A stretch of 64,000 bases of DNA from Myxococcota bacterium (GTDB taxonomy: Bacteria > Myxococcota_A > Polyangia > JAAYKL01), in assembly GCA_028278265.1 (NCBI GenBank), contig JANQET010000013.1:10681-74680 (forward strand), given 5' to 3'. The notes beneath the pieces are model-generated. The model was given only the letters and a program-made list of their open reading frames with translations, ran no database searches and was not told where the DNA came from. Shown piece by piece: positions 41,162 to 51,600 of the stretch. Position 1 is the first letter of the stretch. Every line of letters begins with the position of its first letter. A program made the position numbers and the translations under genes.

Positions 41162-42052
41162 GTGGACGGCATCCTGCTCATCGATAAACCCTCGGGCCCC
41201 AGCTCATTCGATGTGGTGCGGGCGGTCAAGCGAACCGCCAACCAGCGCAAAGTGGGCCACGCCGGCACGCTGGATCCGATGGCCTCGGGGCTGTTGGCGA
41301 TTTGTCTGGGACAGGGAACCAAGCTCTCCCCCTACCTGATGGAGATGAAAAAACGGTACCGGGCTCAGATCACCCTGGGATCCCAAACCGATACGGATGA
41401 CGCCCTCGGGACGCCAACGGCGCAGAGCGAGGTTCCCCGGCTCACCCGTTCTTCGGTCGAGGAGGCGTTGTTGAAATTTGTCGGCGACATCGACCAGGTC
41501 GCGCCGGCGTTTTCAGCGCTCAAATCCGGCGGAGAACCCCTCTATAAAAAGGCGCGGCGGGGGGAAGTGGTCCAGCCGAAGAAGCGAACCGTCACCATCG
41601 AGGCAATTCAGCTGCTCCGACTGGAAGGAGAGAGCATAGAACTCGATGTGCGCTGCGGCAAGGGGACCTACATTCGGTCGCTGGCCCGAGATGTGGGCCA
41701 AGCGCTGGGAACCCTTGGCCATTTGAGCGCCCTACGCCGCACCGAGGCATCGGGATTTGCCGTTGAAAGAGCCCTCTCGATGGCCGAGCTCCAAGGGATC
41801 GCACCCCCACCACACCTGGCCGACCATCTCATTTCCCTGGCCGATGCGCTGGTGGCGATGCCCAAATTGACCCTCTCGGCCTCCCAGGAGCAAGGCATCA
41901 AACAGGGACAACCGATCCCGCTTGCCGAAGTCGCCCGGGCAGCGGCGATCGAGCCTCAACAGCGGGTGGCCCTCATCGGTCCCGAGTACCGTCTGTGCGC
42001 CATCGCTGAATGTACGCTCCAACAGATTCGTCCGATTAGAGTATTCCCCTAG
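41162..42052 (+). CDS. truB: tRNA pseudouridine(55) synthase
   Basis: DKPSGPSS, KVGHAGTLDPMASG, FSALK and CGKGTYIRSLARD motifs. Confidence 0.97.
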   Translation: MDGILLIDKPSGPSSFDVVRAVKRTANQRKVGHAGTLDPMASGLLAICLGQGTKLSPYLMEMKKRYRAQITLGSQTDTDDALGTPTAQSEVPRLTRSSVEEALLKFVGDIDQVAPAFSALKSGGEPLYKKARRGEVVQPKKRTVTIEAIQLLRLEGESIELDVRCGKGTYIRSLARDVGQALGTLGHLSALRRTEASGFAVERALSMAELQGIAPPPHLADHLISLADALVAMPKLTLSASQEQGIKQGQPIPLAEVARAAAIEPQQRVALIGPEYRLCAIAECTLQQIRPIRVFP

Positions 42053-42129
42053 ACTCTATTAGGGCGAACTCGCTGTTTTGTGATATTGTGTGGCACCGAA
42101 TTAGTGATCATTGATCGGAGGAGGAAGAG

Positions 42130-43485
42130 ATGATGCGATTTCTGTTAGGAGCGGTGGTGGGGACGGTATTGTTCGCGGGGTGTTCGTCCGGGGTTCAGCA
42201 AACACCCAATCTGTTGCCCGACCCATCGATGGCGCCGGGAAGAGAGGTCGAGTCGGTGGTTCCCCAGACGGCCGAACCGGAGACGGGCACCGCGAGTACC
42301 CCGGTAGAGCAAGAGGAAGCGGAACCCTCTGCTCCGGCGCCCGATCAACCGAGCGAGGCGACGGTGGTGACCGGCAACACCGAGTTTGCCTTTGGTCTGT
42401 ACCGCCGGCTCGCAGGGCAGGAGGGAAATCTCGCGCTGTCGCCGTACAGTCTCTCGGTGGCACTGGCGATGACCTATGCTGGCGCGCGGGGCAAGACCGC
42501 CAAACAGCTCGCCTACGCCACCCACCTGGCCCATCCGCCGGGCCAGCTGCATCAGCGGTTCTCGACGCTGCAAGCCGACCTCAAGGGGGTCGATTCGGTG
42601 ACCCTGCACATTGCCAACGCCCTGTGGCCCAGCGACGCATACCCCTTCAAAGCGGACTACCTGAGCCTGCTCAAGGAGACCTACCAATCACCGATTACGC
42701 CCCTCGACTACGAGCAGGATTTTCGCCGGGGGCGGCGGGTCATCAACCGCTGGGTCGGTAAGCAGACCAAGGGCAAAATCACCAATCTCATCGAGCCGGG
42801 CGTCCTCGATACCCTGACCAAGTTGGTGCTGACCAACGCGATCTACTTTACCGGCAATTGGGCCGTGCCGTTCGACAAGAAACTGACCAAACGGTTGCCG
42901 TTCCATCTCTCCGAGCAACAGACCGTCAAAGTACCGATGATGGCCGACAAGCGCCGCCTCAAGTTTTACGAAGATCACGAGGTTCAGCTGGTGGAGTTAC
43001 CCTATGAAGGCGAGCGGCTGGCGATGGTGCTGATGCTGCCCAAGAAGGGCAATACCCTGGCCAAGCTCGAGCAATCGCTCAACGGCGACCTGTGGGCGAG
43101 TTGGGCCGGCAGCCTCAATCCCCTCCAGGTGCAGCTGATGTTGCCCCGATTCGAGATCTCCTCCGCATTCAAGCTCGAGGAGCAGCTGAAAAAAATGGGT
43201 GTGTTGGACGCGTTCGACCGCGCGCGGGCTGATTTCAGCGGGATGGCCGAACGGGCTGTGTTGGAGAAACAGGGCAACCTGTATATCTCCGCAGTGATCC
43301 ACAAAGCGTTCACCAAGGTCAACGAAAAGGGCACCACCGCGGCGGCGGCCTCTGCCGTGGTAATGGAGACCTATTCGGCCCCGGCTGAATTTCGCGCGGA
43401 TCGCCCCTTCCTGTTCGTCATTCGCGACACCAAGACCGGCACCGTGTTGTTCATCGGTCGAGTGTCGAATCCCAAAAACAAATAG
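42130..43485 (+). CDS. Serpin family lipoprotein
   Basis: Lipobox FAGC; SPYS, INRWV..QTKGKI, NAIYFTGNW, hinge EKGTTAAAAS and FRADRPFLFVIRD..TG..LFIGRV. Confidence 0.95.
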   Translation: MMRFLLGAVVGTVLFAGCSSGVQQTPNLLPDPSMAPGREVESVVPQTAEPETGTASTPVEQEEAEPSAPAPDQPSEATVVTGNTEFAFGLYRRLAGQEGNLALSPYSLSVALAMTYAGARGKTAKQLAYATHLAHPPGQLHQRFSTLQADLKGVDSVTLHIANALWPSDAYPFKADYLSLLKETYQSPITPLDYEQDFRRGRRVINRWVGKQTKGKITNLIEPGVLDTLTKLVLTNAIYFTGNWAVPFDKKLTKRLPFHLSEQQTVKVPMMADKRRLKFYEDHEVQLVELPYEGERLAMVLMLPKKGNTLAKLEQSLNGDLWASWAGSLNPLQVQLMLPRFEISSAFKLEEQLKKMGVLDAFDRARADFSGMAERAVLEKQGNLYISAVIHKAFTKVNEKGTTAAAASAVVMETYSAPAEFRADRPFLFVIRDTKTGTVLFIGRVSNPKNK

Positions 43486-43495
43486 CGCAAACAGC

Positions 43496-44416
43496 TCAGG
43501 GGAGGGGTTTGAGCGTCCTGGTGCCGTCGTCGGCCGTCTCCACTTGAAAGCCGAATAGCTTGACCTGGCTGGCCAGGCTGCGGCCAAAGACGAGGTCGAG
43601 AGTGTCTTCGGGCAGGTTGAGCTTTTCGGCGACAAATTGACGGTAGTGGTCATCGTAGCTCAACAGCTCGATGACCTCGTCGACCTCGGTGCCTTCGCTG
43701 GCCTTGAGCGTCTCGAACACCTCTTGCAGACGGCCGAACGAACAGCGGCGGTTGTGCTCCTCGAGCAGCTCCATCAGCACCTCGACGTTGGCGAAAATAT
43801 CGCTGCGGTTCAGATCGGCTTCGTCGCTCAACGCCACCGCCCGCTGAGGATTCCAGCACGCCTGGGCGCGACATTGCATCGGCCGTTCGGCATAGATACG
43901 GCAGGCCTGGTTTGCCTCGTCGTAGAAGACACACTGTTTGGTGCCGGGAACCTCGCGAATTTTGATCCGCTCGTTCGGCAGGTAAAACGCCTGTTGGGTG
44001 ATCGACGAATGGACCGCCTCGCCGGCGCGCAGGGTGATCAGTTGATCCCAGGGAATTTTCTCTTCCCGGAGGATCTCCAGGTCATCGAGCTTGAGCGTTG
44101 GGCTGCCCTGTTGGCAGCAGGCGCCGCACTGAACGCACATGGGCAACCGTTCCCGCTGCAGTCGGTCGCAGTTGGTGAGCAGGCGCTTCCAGCTCTCCAG
44201 ACGCGCCGGGCCGTCCAAGCCGGACCAGCTCTCGATGAGTTGGCGGCACTCCGGATCCATCTCCGCTTGCAGTTGCAGCCGCTTGAGGGGCAGCGGGGCG
44301 TCTTTTTCTTCGGCCAGGGTTTTGAGATGAAAGCGCCAGTTCTCAAGCAGTGTTTCCTCATCCCACAACGCCGGAGAGGTCTGTTTGTTTTTCGATGTTG
44401 ATTCGGTATCAGACAT
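43496..44416 (-). CDS. YkgJ-family cysteine-cluster (Fe-S/Zn) protein
   Basis: CVQCGACC, CVFYD...CRIYAERPMQCRAQAC; start placed at MSDTES (44416). Confidence 0.85.
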   Translation of the reverse strand: MSDTESTSKNKQTSPALWDEETLLENWRFHLKTLAEEKDAPLPLKRLQLQAEMDPECRQLIESWSGLDGPARLESWKRLLTNCDRLQRERLPMCVQCGACCQQGSPTLKLDDLEILREEKIPWDQLITLRAGEAVHSSITQQAFYLPNERIKIREVPGTKQCVFYDEANQACRIYAERPMQCRAQACWNPQRAVALSDEADLNRSDIFANVEVLMELLEEHNRRCSFGRLQEVFETLKASEGTEVDEVIELLSYDDHYRQFVAEKLNLPEDTLDLVFGRSLASQVKLFGFQVETADDGTRTLKPLP

Positions 44417-44455
44417 GGGCCGATCTTGCACAAGTTGACGGTTGTGTCCAGAGCC

Positions 44456-44619
44456 TAGTGCCTCGCCTCGCTGATAACGCCGGGTCACGAGCGAGGCATC
44501 GTCGGCGAGATCAAGGAACGACGACGAAGGACTGGCCGTCGCCAATTCAAGGAGGAGTGACACAGAGATCGTCGATGAGGGCCGCTCTGACCCGGTTTTA
44601 TCAGTGGGGCGCGGTGCTA
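44456..44619 (+). repeat. 164-bp long-hairpin palindromic element (MITE-like or structured RNA)
   Basis: About 37-nt terminal arms pair, with several G.U pairs and few mismatches. CTA occurs at both ends (44455-57 and 44617-19), and there is an inner purine-rich loop and hairpin. Confidence 0.7.
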
Positions 44620-45438
44620 ACGGTAGTTCGTGACCACCACTTCTCCCACATGACCGCGGCGTTCGGCGTTGCTGTTCACGTTTCGCCGGGCCTTGATCAC
44701 GCGAATAGCGTGGCGCCGGTACCGCTCGTGAATCCACGGCACGTCCGCGTTGGAGAGCATCGCCTGAATGCCCTGATCGGTCAGCTTGTCGAACACTTCG
44801 GCCAGTTTCTCCTGGTTGGCCATGCCGAAGCCGTTTTTCTGATAAGCTGTGAAATTGGCCGTTCCCGAGACCGGAATGTAGGGTGGGTCGAAGTAGACAA
44901 AATCTCCGGGCTTGGCGCGTCGGAGCACCGTTTCAAAGGACGCGCATTTGACATCGATCGGGGCCAGGGCCGCGGAGCAGGCCCGCAGATTCGCGGCATT
45001 ACAGATTCGCGGGTTCTTGTACCGTCCAAAAGGTACGTTGAACTGGCCCTTGCTGTTGACCCGGTACAGTCCGTTGAACCCGGCGCGATTGAGGTAGATC
45101 ATTCTCGCCGCGCGGGCCACAGGGGACAACTCGGTCGGATCCTGTGCCCGGATGCGGTAGAAGTACTCTTTGTCATAGATGTGCTTTTCGAGCTTCCCGA
45201 TGAGCGCCTCCACCTTGTTCTTGACCACGTTGTAGGTACCGATCAGCTCTTTGTTGGCATCGGAGAGCACTGCGGTGCGGGGCAACAGGTTGAAAAACAC
45301 CGCCCCGCCGCCGACAAATGGTTCGTGGAATTGTTCGAATTCCACTGGAAACGACTTGTGCAGCTCGGGCAGTATCTGCCGTTTTCCACCGGCCCATTTG
45401 AGGAACGGTTTGGCAAGGGCTGAGTCGGGTTCGGTCAT
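44617..45438 (-). CDS. Dam-like (D12 class) DNA adenine methyltransferase, orphan
   Basis: KPFLKWAGGK, EPFVGGGAVF, FNGLYRVN..G.FNVPFG, DFVYFDPPY and E...NY motifs; no adjacent endonuclease. Confidence 0.92.
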   Translation of the reverse strand: MTEPDSALAKPFLKWAGGKRQILPELHKSFPVEFEQFHEPFVGGGAVFFNLLPRTAVLSDANKELIGTYNVVKNKVEALIGKLEKHIYDKEYFYRIRAQDPTELSPVARAARMIYLNRAGFNGLYRVNSKGQFNVPFGRYKNPRICNAANLRACSAALAPIDVKCASFETVLRRAKPGDFVYFDPPYIPVSGTANFTAYQKNGFGMANQEKLAEVFDKLTDQGIQAMLSNADVPWIHERYRRHAIRVIKARRNVNSNAERRGHVGEVVVTNYR

Positions 45439-45542
45439 TTTCGCTACATCCTCCGCGATCGTGGGTGCCACCTATTCATCTGCACAGTAGAAAAATGGGG
45501 AAACTTGTCAAGTCGGCCCCCCGAATCCCCATTTGTTTAGAG

Positions 45543-46406
45543 CTATTTCTCAGATCTGCCGGTGTACTGTTCCAGCAGCTGGCGGTAGTCTGCCGCCGAT
45601 GCGGCACGGATGGCCGAGATGGTCAGCGCGCGGCACAGATCCCGCCCCTCGGCGGTCTCGCACAACCCCACCAACGCCTTTTTGAGCTTTTCGGTGCGCG
45701 ATTTATCACCGCCGATCACGACCACTGCCGGAGCGGGAATCGGCTTGGAGGTGTGGATGATTTTGAGGTCCTTGGCAAAATCGAGAGAGGGGAGGTGTTC
45801 GACGACCGCCCGGTCGACGATGGCCGCATCTGCCTTGCCGCTCAACACCTGTCGCAACGCCTTGAGGGGGCGTTTTTGGGTCTCCAGGATCACCGAATCC
45901 AGGGGGAGTCGGCCGTCGAGAAGAACCCGCACCACGAAGCGGGAATCGTTGACCACCGCGCCGATCAGCTTCTTCCCCTTGAGCTCGGACAACTCTTTCG
46001 GCCCGTCTAGGCGGGTGAGCACCGAGTAGGTCTCCTCACCGCGACCGTCGATGCTCACTTTGGCGACTACCTTCATCTTCAGTGCCTTGTGCTGTCCGGC
46101 ATAGATCGATGGGCCGACCAGGGCGAGCTCCGGCTTGGTCCGGGTGATCCGCTCGGTTCCCGCGGCACCATCGGGAATGTAGGTGCCCGAAATGCTCTGC
46201 GGGGGTTGTCCGAGCTTGGTTTCCAGGTAGCGCAGCATTTGGTCCACATAGGGTTGAGCCTGGGTGGTGGAGCCGGGAAATCCGGGCAAGCACAACACCA
46301 CGGTGTTGACCTGTCCGAGCGCCGGAAGGACCAGCGCGGTCATCAGGGCAACGGTCATCCAAAAGGGGTGCAACTTACGACTCAAATCGGCCTCCTCGTC
46401 AGGCAT
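45543..46406 (-). CDS. PhnD-like periplasmic substrate-binding protein
   Basis: Signal-like segment; LSELKGKKL, ALRQVLSGKADAAIVD and IIHTSKPIP motifs of the phosphonate-binding fold. Confidence 0.75.
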   Translation of the reverse strand: MPDEEADLSRKLHPFWMTVALMTALVLPALGQVNTVVLCLPGFPGSTTQAQPYVDQMLRYLETKLGQPPQSISGTYIPDGAAGTERITRTKPELALVGPSIYAGQHKALKMKVVAKVSIDGRGEETYSVLTRLDGPKELSELKGKKLIGAVVNDSRFVVRVLLDGRLPLDSVILETQKRPLKALRQVLSGKADAAIVDRAVVEHLPSLDFAKDLKIIHTSKPIPAPAVVVIGGDKSRTEKLKKALVGLCETAEGRDLCRALTISAIRAASAADYRQLLEQYTGRSEK

Positions 46407-46410
46407 CGGC

Positions 46411-47160
46411 TCATCGCGCTCTCATCAGGGCCCGCTTGGTGAAGACGCGGTCGGTGAGCCCGGTGTTGACGCGACAGTCCTTGAATTCCATGATCGTCTG
46501 GGAGCCGGTTCGCTCGTCCACCACGCGGAAATGGGTCGGTACGGTAATCGGTCCGAACGACTTCCAGTTCTTGCGCACTTGGGTCTTGACGTGTTTGTTG
46601 TCGCTACCGAAATATTCGATTCGGGAGACCCCTTCGGTCTTCTTGAGCACTGTCACCCTCAACCGTTTGTACATGGAATCATTATCGGGCGTCGGGAGGA
46701 GATCTAAAATCCACTGCTTCTCGTCCTGGTTGACCACGTTGGCCTTCCAGCCGATGGTCAGCGCCGATCCGCCGATATCATCCGGTGAGAAATCGGTCCC
46801 CATGAATCCCTGATTGCGCACATGTGCGGCAATCCGGCGGACCCGTTGGTAACTGGGTAAATACACGTACATATTGCCGTTTTCAGTGGTCAGGACCGCC
46901 ATTCCCCGCACGTCTCCCGGCGCGGTGAACTTGACCAGCTTCATCTTCAGTCCCTTTAATTTGGCGGTGAAGGCCATCGATTTGATGATCTTGCCGTCGC
47001 GAATGACGTTGAGGGTCGCGTCGTAGGTCTGGTCACGTACCTTGGTCAGGTTGGCGTCTACTTTGGCCATCACATCGGCGGCCTCGTCAGCGCCGGAGAC
47101 CCGCGTGGCGATCAGCACCAGGGCGGCGCAGGCAAATCGGAGCAAGGGGTATTTCTTCAT
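46411..47160 (-). CDS. Outer-membrane lipoprotein-sorting (LolA-like) protein
   Basis: Signal peptide; F.APGDVRGMA.L, YLPSYQRVRRIA, FMGTDFSPDD and NTGLTDRVFT motifs. Confidence 0.85.
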   Translation of the reverse strand: MKKYPLLRFACAALVLIATRVSGADEAADVMAKVDANLTKVRDQTYDATLNVIRDGKIIKSMAFTAKLKGLKMKLVKFTAPGDVRGMAVLTTENGNMYVYLPSYQRVRRIAAHVRNQGFMGTDFSPDDIGGSALTIGWKANVVNQDEKQWILDLLPTPDNDSMYKRLRVTVLKKTEGVSRIEYFGSDNKHVKTQVRKNWKSFGPITVPTHFRVVDERTGSQTIMEFKDCRVNTGLTDRVFTKRALMRAR

Positions 47161-47356
47161 CGGGCGGTGTCCTCCTCACTATTCGGTGGGCAACGGCGTT
47201 AATACACCGTTGCGCCACGGGTAATCAAGGAGCCAAGTTGGAACAACTACCAGTACGTCGTCAATAGATGTTCCGCCGCGACTGCTCTTTTTGACGGGGT
47301 GTGGACCGAAAAATTCAAGGGTTTTCGGTGGATGGCCGGGATGGGGTTGCCGCCGG

Positions 47357-48043
47357 CTACATGTAGAAGAGGTTGTCGATGTAGAGGATGGCTCCCTCTT
47401 CCCCGCCGGCACCGGTCATGGAGAACGGCACGTTGAGCGCGCCGAAATCCACCTCATCTCCGGAGTAGTCATCGATCGGAATTTTCAGGTCATGCCATTC
47501 GCCGTCGTTGGTATACCCATACGATCCGGCCTGAACACTGACCGCATCACCGTCATCCTCGTCATCATAGTCGTCGTCATAGGCAAATTTGAGCTGGACG
47601 TCGGCAAATGCATCGTCTGACGATTTGAGACTGACGTAGAGATGATCGTAGTCGAGCAGGGAGACGGTCGACCCGTTGACCAAGTGCACGCCGCCACCCC
47701 ACCAGCTCAGCCCGGCGTGAATGATTTTATGAGATCTTTTGCCCTCATGGACATCTTCGGTGTCGTTCGCCGACGTGTAGGTCGCATCGTTCCGGTCGTA
47801 AATCCAATACGCTGCCTCGATGTTGTTGACCTGTAGCTTGGTCACTTCGCCCGCGTCCGGGCAACCGTCGAAATAGATCCCCACGGAGAACCGCTTTTGG
47901 CCCTCTTCGCAGGGGACAGGACCTTCGACCCATTCGGGTTCGTCCGGGGGAACGTCGTATTCGGGTTGGCCTCCCGGGTCGGGCCGACAGGCGACAAGGG
48001 CCACACAGATGGCCAAGGGAATAATCCTGTTCGATAAATACAT
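47357..48043 (-). CDS. Lipoprotein with carbohydrate-binding (galactose-binding-like/ExoP_C-like) domain
   Basis: Lipobox LVAC; WWGGG, L.VSLKS, DGEWHDLKIPIDDY..VDFGALNVPF and YIDNLF, resembling CBM-like modules of beta-glucanases. Confidence 0.7.
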   Translation of the reverse strand: MYLSNRIIPLAICVALVACRPDPGGQPEYDVPPDEPEWVEGPVPCEEGQKRFSVGIYFDGCPDAGEVTKLQVNNIEAAYWIYDRNDATYTSANDTEDVHEGKRSHKIIHAGLSWWGGGVHLVNGSTVSLLDYDHLYVSLKSSDDAFADVQLKFAYDDDYDDEDDGDAVSVQAGSYGYTNDGEWHDLKIPIDDYSGDEVDFGALNVPFSMTGAGGEEGAILYIDNLFYM

Positions 48044-48058
48044 GACGTCGATACTCCT

Positions 48059-48625
48059 TTAAAACAGATCCGGGTTGCCACCGAGCTGTTCGATGTGATG
48101 CTTGGCCCATTCGGAGAGCTTGAACGCGGTGGTGCCGGTCTCATCATAGGTCACGCTGTCGGGAAAGTGCTCGAGCACCGCGTAGAAGCCGTTGAGCGCC
48201 ATCTGCTTGACCGTCGGCAGGGTCGCCTCATCGACCAACTCGTTCTCATAGATCGCCTTGAGTCGCGTCGCCGCGTAGAATTGAGCCTCTCCGGTCTTCT
48301 CCTTGACCAGCACGGTGGCCCAGCAGTAGAAGGCCAGAATATGCGCCTGGGGTTCCTCCAGACCGTTGTCGTCCGCATAGATCAGCGAGCGCCAGCGAAA
48401 GCCCGGGTCATCGCCCAAGGCGATAAAAATCGGGTCCTCGACAAACATATTGTTGGGATCGGTCATCACCGATTCGTCGGGATAGATGCCCATTTTGACC
48501 GAGTGGAGCTCGAACGTCAGTGTGGAGAGGTCGATTGGGACGATGTACTCGGCCTCGTCCATATCGCAACTGCACAGGGCCATTTGCAGAACACACACCA
48601 GAAAAATTGTTAGATAGTGCCTCAT
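48059..48625 (-). CDS. Helical lipoprotein of unknown function in the GH-barrel operon
   Basis: Lipobox LCSC; GGAGG RBS; 9 nt after the GH-barrel gene stop. Confidence 0.8.
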   Translation of the reverse strand: MRHYLTIFLVCVLQMALCSCDMDEAEYIVPIDLSTLTFELHSVKMGIYPDESVMTDPNNMFVEDPIFIALGDDPGFRWRSLIYADDNGLEEPQAHILAFYCWATVLVKEKTGEAQFYAATRLKAIYENELVDEATLPTVKQMALNGFYAVLEHFPDSVTYDETGTTAFKLSEWAKHHIEQLGGNPDLF

Positions 48626-48634
48626 GGCAGCCTC

Positions 48635-51600
48635 CTAAAAGCTCACATTCATGTACATCACAAACTCGTATTCATTGCCCAAGCGATCCTCCCCTTGAGC
48701 GACCGTGCATTGGGGGATTGTATCGATGCAATGGGGATATCGCTCGGAGTGCTGATCGAGCCAGCGCATCTGATATCGGGCGCCCAAGCGGGTGTAGGGA
48801 ATGAACAGCTTGGGCAGGCTCATCCCATAGGAGAGATCGCCCATCACCTGCATCGGGAAGGTGAGGTCGAAATCCCGATGGTAGTCGTAGGGGCCGAAAT
48901 CGTTGAATTTGACAAAGGCGTGCAGCTGCAGCTTGTCCCACATCAGCCGGGCCTCGGCGCCGTAACGGGTGAGCAGCCGGGATTCGGGCCGGTAGCCCTG
49001 GATTTGCCCGACGTAGAGATCGCTGACGATGTGCAGATTCCAGGCGGGATTGAAGAACAGCTTGGCCCGCCCGTCCCATTCGTTTTTGGCCGGCGGCGCG
49101 CCATCAAAGGCGAAGATGTAGTATTCCGCACTGATCGCGGTGGTGGCATCCCGCTGAGTGGGCTGGATTTTGTAGACGAAGTCCAGGGCAGCGGCAAACG
49201 GCGCATCTTCTTTCTCGTCATTGTCCCAATCCCAGAACCAGGTTTTGGGAGTGGGATCGTACATCAGCACCAGCTCGAAGCCGTAGGTTTCCCGGTTGCC
49301 CAACACGGCGAACGGATCGTCCAGAATGTTTCGCGGCTTGATCCCGGGATAGTAGACGCCGTTGTACAGCCGGCCGCGCAACCGCTCGTCCGTGGGCAGG
49401 GCCCCCTCCAGCGGTCGCTGGAACAGCACGTTGGGCGCGATGAAGAACTTGTTCAGCTGGTAGCGCAGACCGGTCAACGCGTTGAACTGGTTACCCCGTC
49501 CGTCGGCCTTGAGCGTCCAGGGCACCATCGCCGCGGCGTTGTCCGGTCCCCCGTCGGCGACCAGCCCCTGGTAGGCCCCCTGCACGTACCAGTGAATCGG
49601 TCCTACATCCAGGGTCAACCGGGCCTTGGCCCCCAGGGTGTCGAGGAGGTAGATCTCATCGGTCAAAAAGGCGTAGTCGGTGCCCATGTAGCCTGTGCCC
49701 TTGGCGTCGCGCACAGCGACGAATTTCTCGCCCAGCTTGTCCGAACCGGCGAAGATGCCGCCCAGAGACAACCCCAGGGCGCCCTTGCGGTACCCCAAAA
49801 AGAGCGTGGTCTTGCGGGTCTTGGGTTCGGGGATAATGCGCGCCGTGGCACTGGCCTCCTGTTTGGTGAGATCCTCCTGGTGCATCAGGGCAAAGGAGAA
49901 CGGGCCGAACTGCCGGTGGTACTTGGCCAGCACCATCGGGTTGGCGCTCCAGTAGAGCTGCGGTCCAAAGGCGACCTTGAGCCCCTTGAGGGCCTTTTTG
50001 GCATCCAGCACCATGCCGAACGGGGCGCTGGCGTTGTAGATGTCGATGTTCTCGCCGTAAAAGGCTTCCCGGTAGAGTCCGAAGAAGTCCCCTTCGGCGC
50101 CCCAGTGATAGTGGCCGGTGCGGTAGTACCCGTCCAGTTTGAAATAGTCGTTGTCCCAGCTCAGCTCTGATTGGTAGACTTTGATCCGCTCGTTGTCGGT
50201 GAGCATGACCGGGTTACCGTCAGCGTCCTCGATTTCGATGGGGGTGCCTCGGCTCTCGTAGAACAGCTTGTCGATTTTGTTGGTCGGCACGTTGCCCAGG
50301 ACATTCAGCGACACACGCCCTTCGAGTTGGGGAGACGGATTGACCTCGAAATCGAGGAAGAACGATTCCATGTGATCGAACTTGGGCGGCTCGGGTGTGT
50401 CTTCACCCATCGATCGGTCCCCATCGGCGTAGATCATTTCGAACTTCATCTGCGCGCCGACGCCGAACATCTGGGACAATCGGTTCACTCCCACGTTGGC
50501 CATCGCCGCCTCGTACTTGATCCCCTTCTCTTTAGGGTCGAGTTTGGCGAAGTGCTGGCGGATGGCGGTCACATCGACTCCCTCGGCATAGGGATCCAGG
50601 GCAAAGGCCTCCTGCAGCACGTAGTAAGCGGTGCGGGGATAGAGCTCGTACTTGCCTTGCTCATCGGACGGTCCCTTGGCGCAGATCCCCATCCACTCCT
50701 CGTTCATGTTGTTGGTCCCGTCCTTCCAGTCGAACTGGTAACCGGCAGCGGCCCAGGAGGCGGCCGGATCGTGTTTGTCCAGGTTGAGAATCTGGCGGTA
50801 CTTCCACCATCCATCAGACCACTCGAAGACAAATCCACCCAGTGCGATGCCGTGGTTTCCCTTGCCGTGGGTCTGCTCGAGCACGTCCGCCCATTGCCAC
50901 CGCAGGTAGTTGGCCTGAGACAGGTGATCCTCTTTTTTGTCCTGCGCGTGAAACGCGTCTGCACCAAATTCGGTCAACAGTACCGGCAGACCCAGCTTTT
51001 TTTGCGCTCGGAGCCACAGATCCCCGAAGGAAACCCCGCGGTAGGTGTTGGTGCCCAGAATTTCGAGATTCGGACAGTGCTTCTTGATCAGGTCGATGTA
51101 CAACAGATCCCCGTTGGCGATCACTGCCGGATGGTTGGTGTCCCGCTTTTTTATCTCGCCGATAATCTCGTTGTACATGGTGTACAGGTGCACCGCGGCG
51201 GCGCGGGTCGCTTCGTCCTGGGGACCTTTGCTGACGTTGGGGGGCAGCAGGTGGTAGTTGTTCTCGTTGCCCAGCAGCCAGAACAGCAGACCCGGCGTGT
51301 TCTTGTATTTTTCCACCATCGCGATCACGTCCGCCTTGATCGCTTCGCGGGTCGCCGGATCGGAGTAGTCCACCTGGAACCGGGTCGACCCGTTGACCAG
51401 AAAGCCGTAGCGACCGGCGAGGTGGTTGACCGAGGTGAAAATGCCCCAGTTCTGATAGATGAAGGTGATCCATTTGGCCGGGATTCCCACCTCAACGCGA
51501 ATCGCGTTGACCCCCATCTCCTTGAGCATCGTCATGTCGCGACCGAGCACCTCGGCGATGAAGGCGTCCGGTTTGCTCCACAGATCGTAGCGATAGTTCT

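Noticed and set aside
43496-45438. YkgJ-like gene plus methylase as a restriction-modification pair
   Set aside because: The Cys-cluster protein shows no nuclease motif and is separated from the methylase by the palindromic element.
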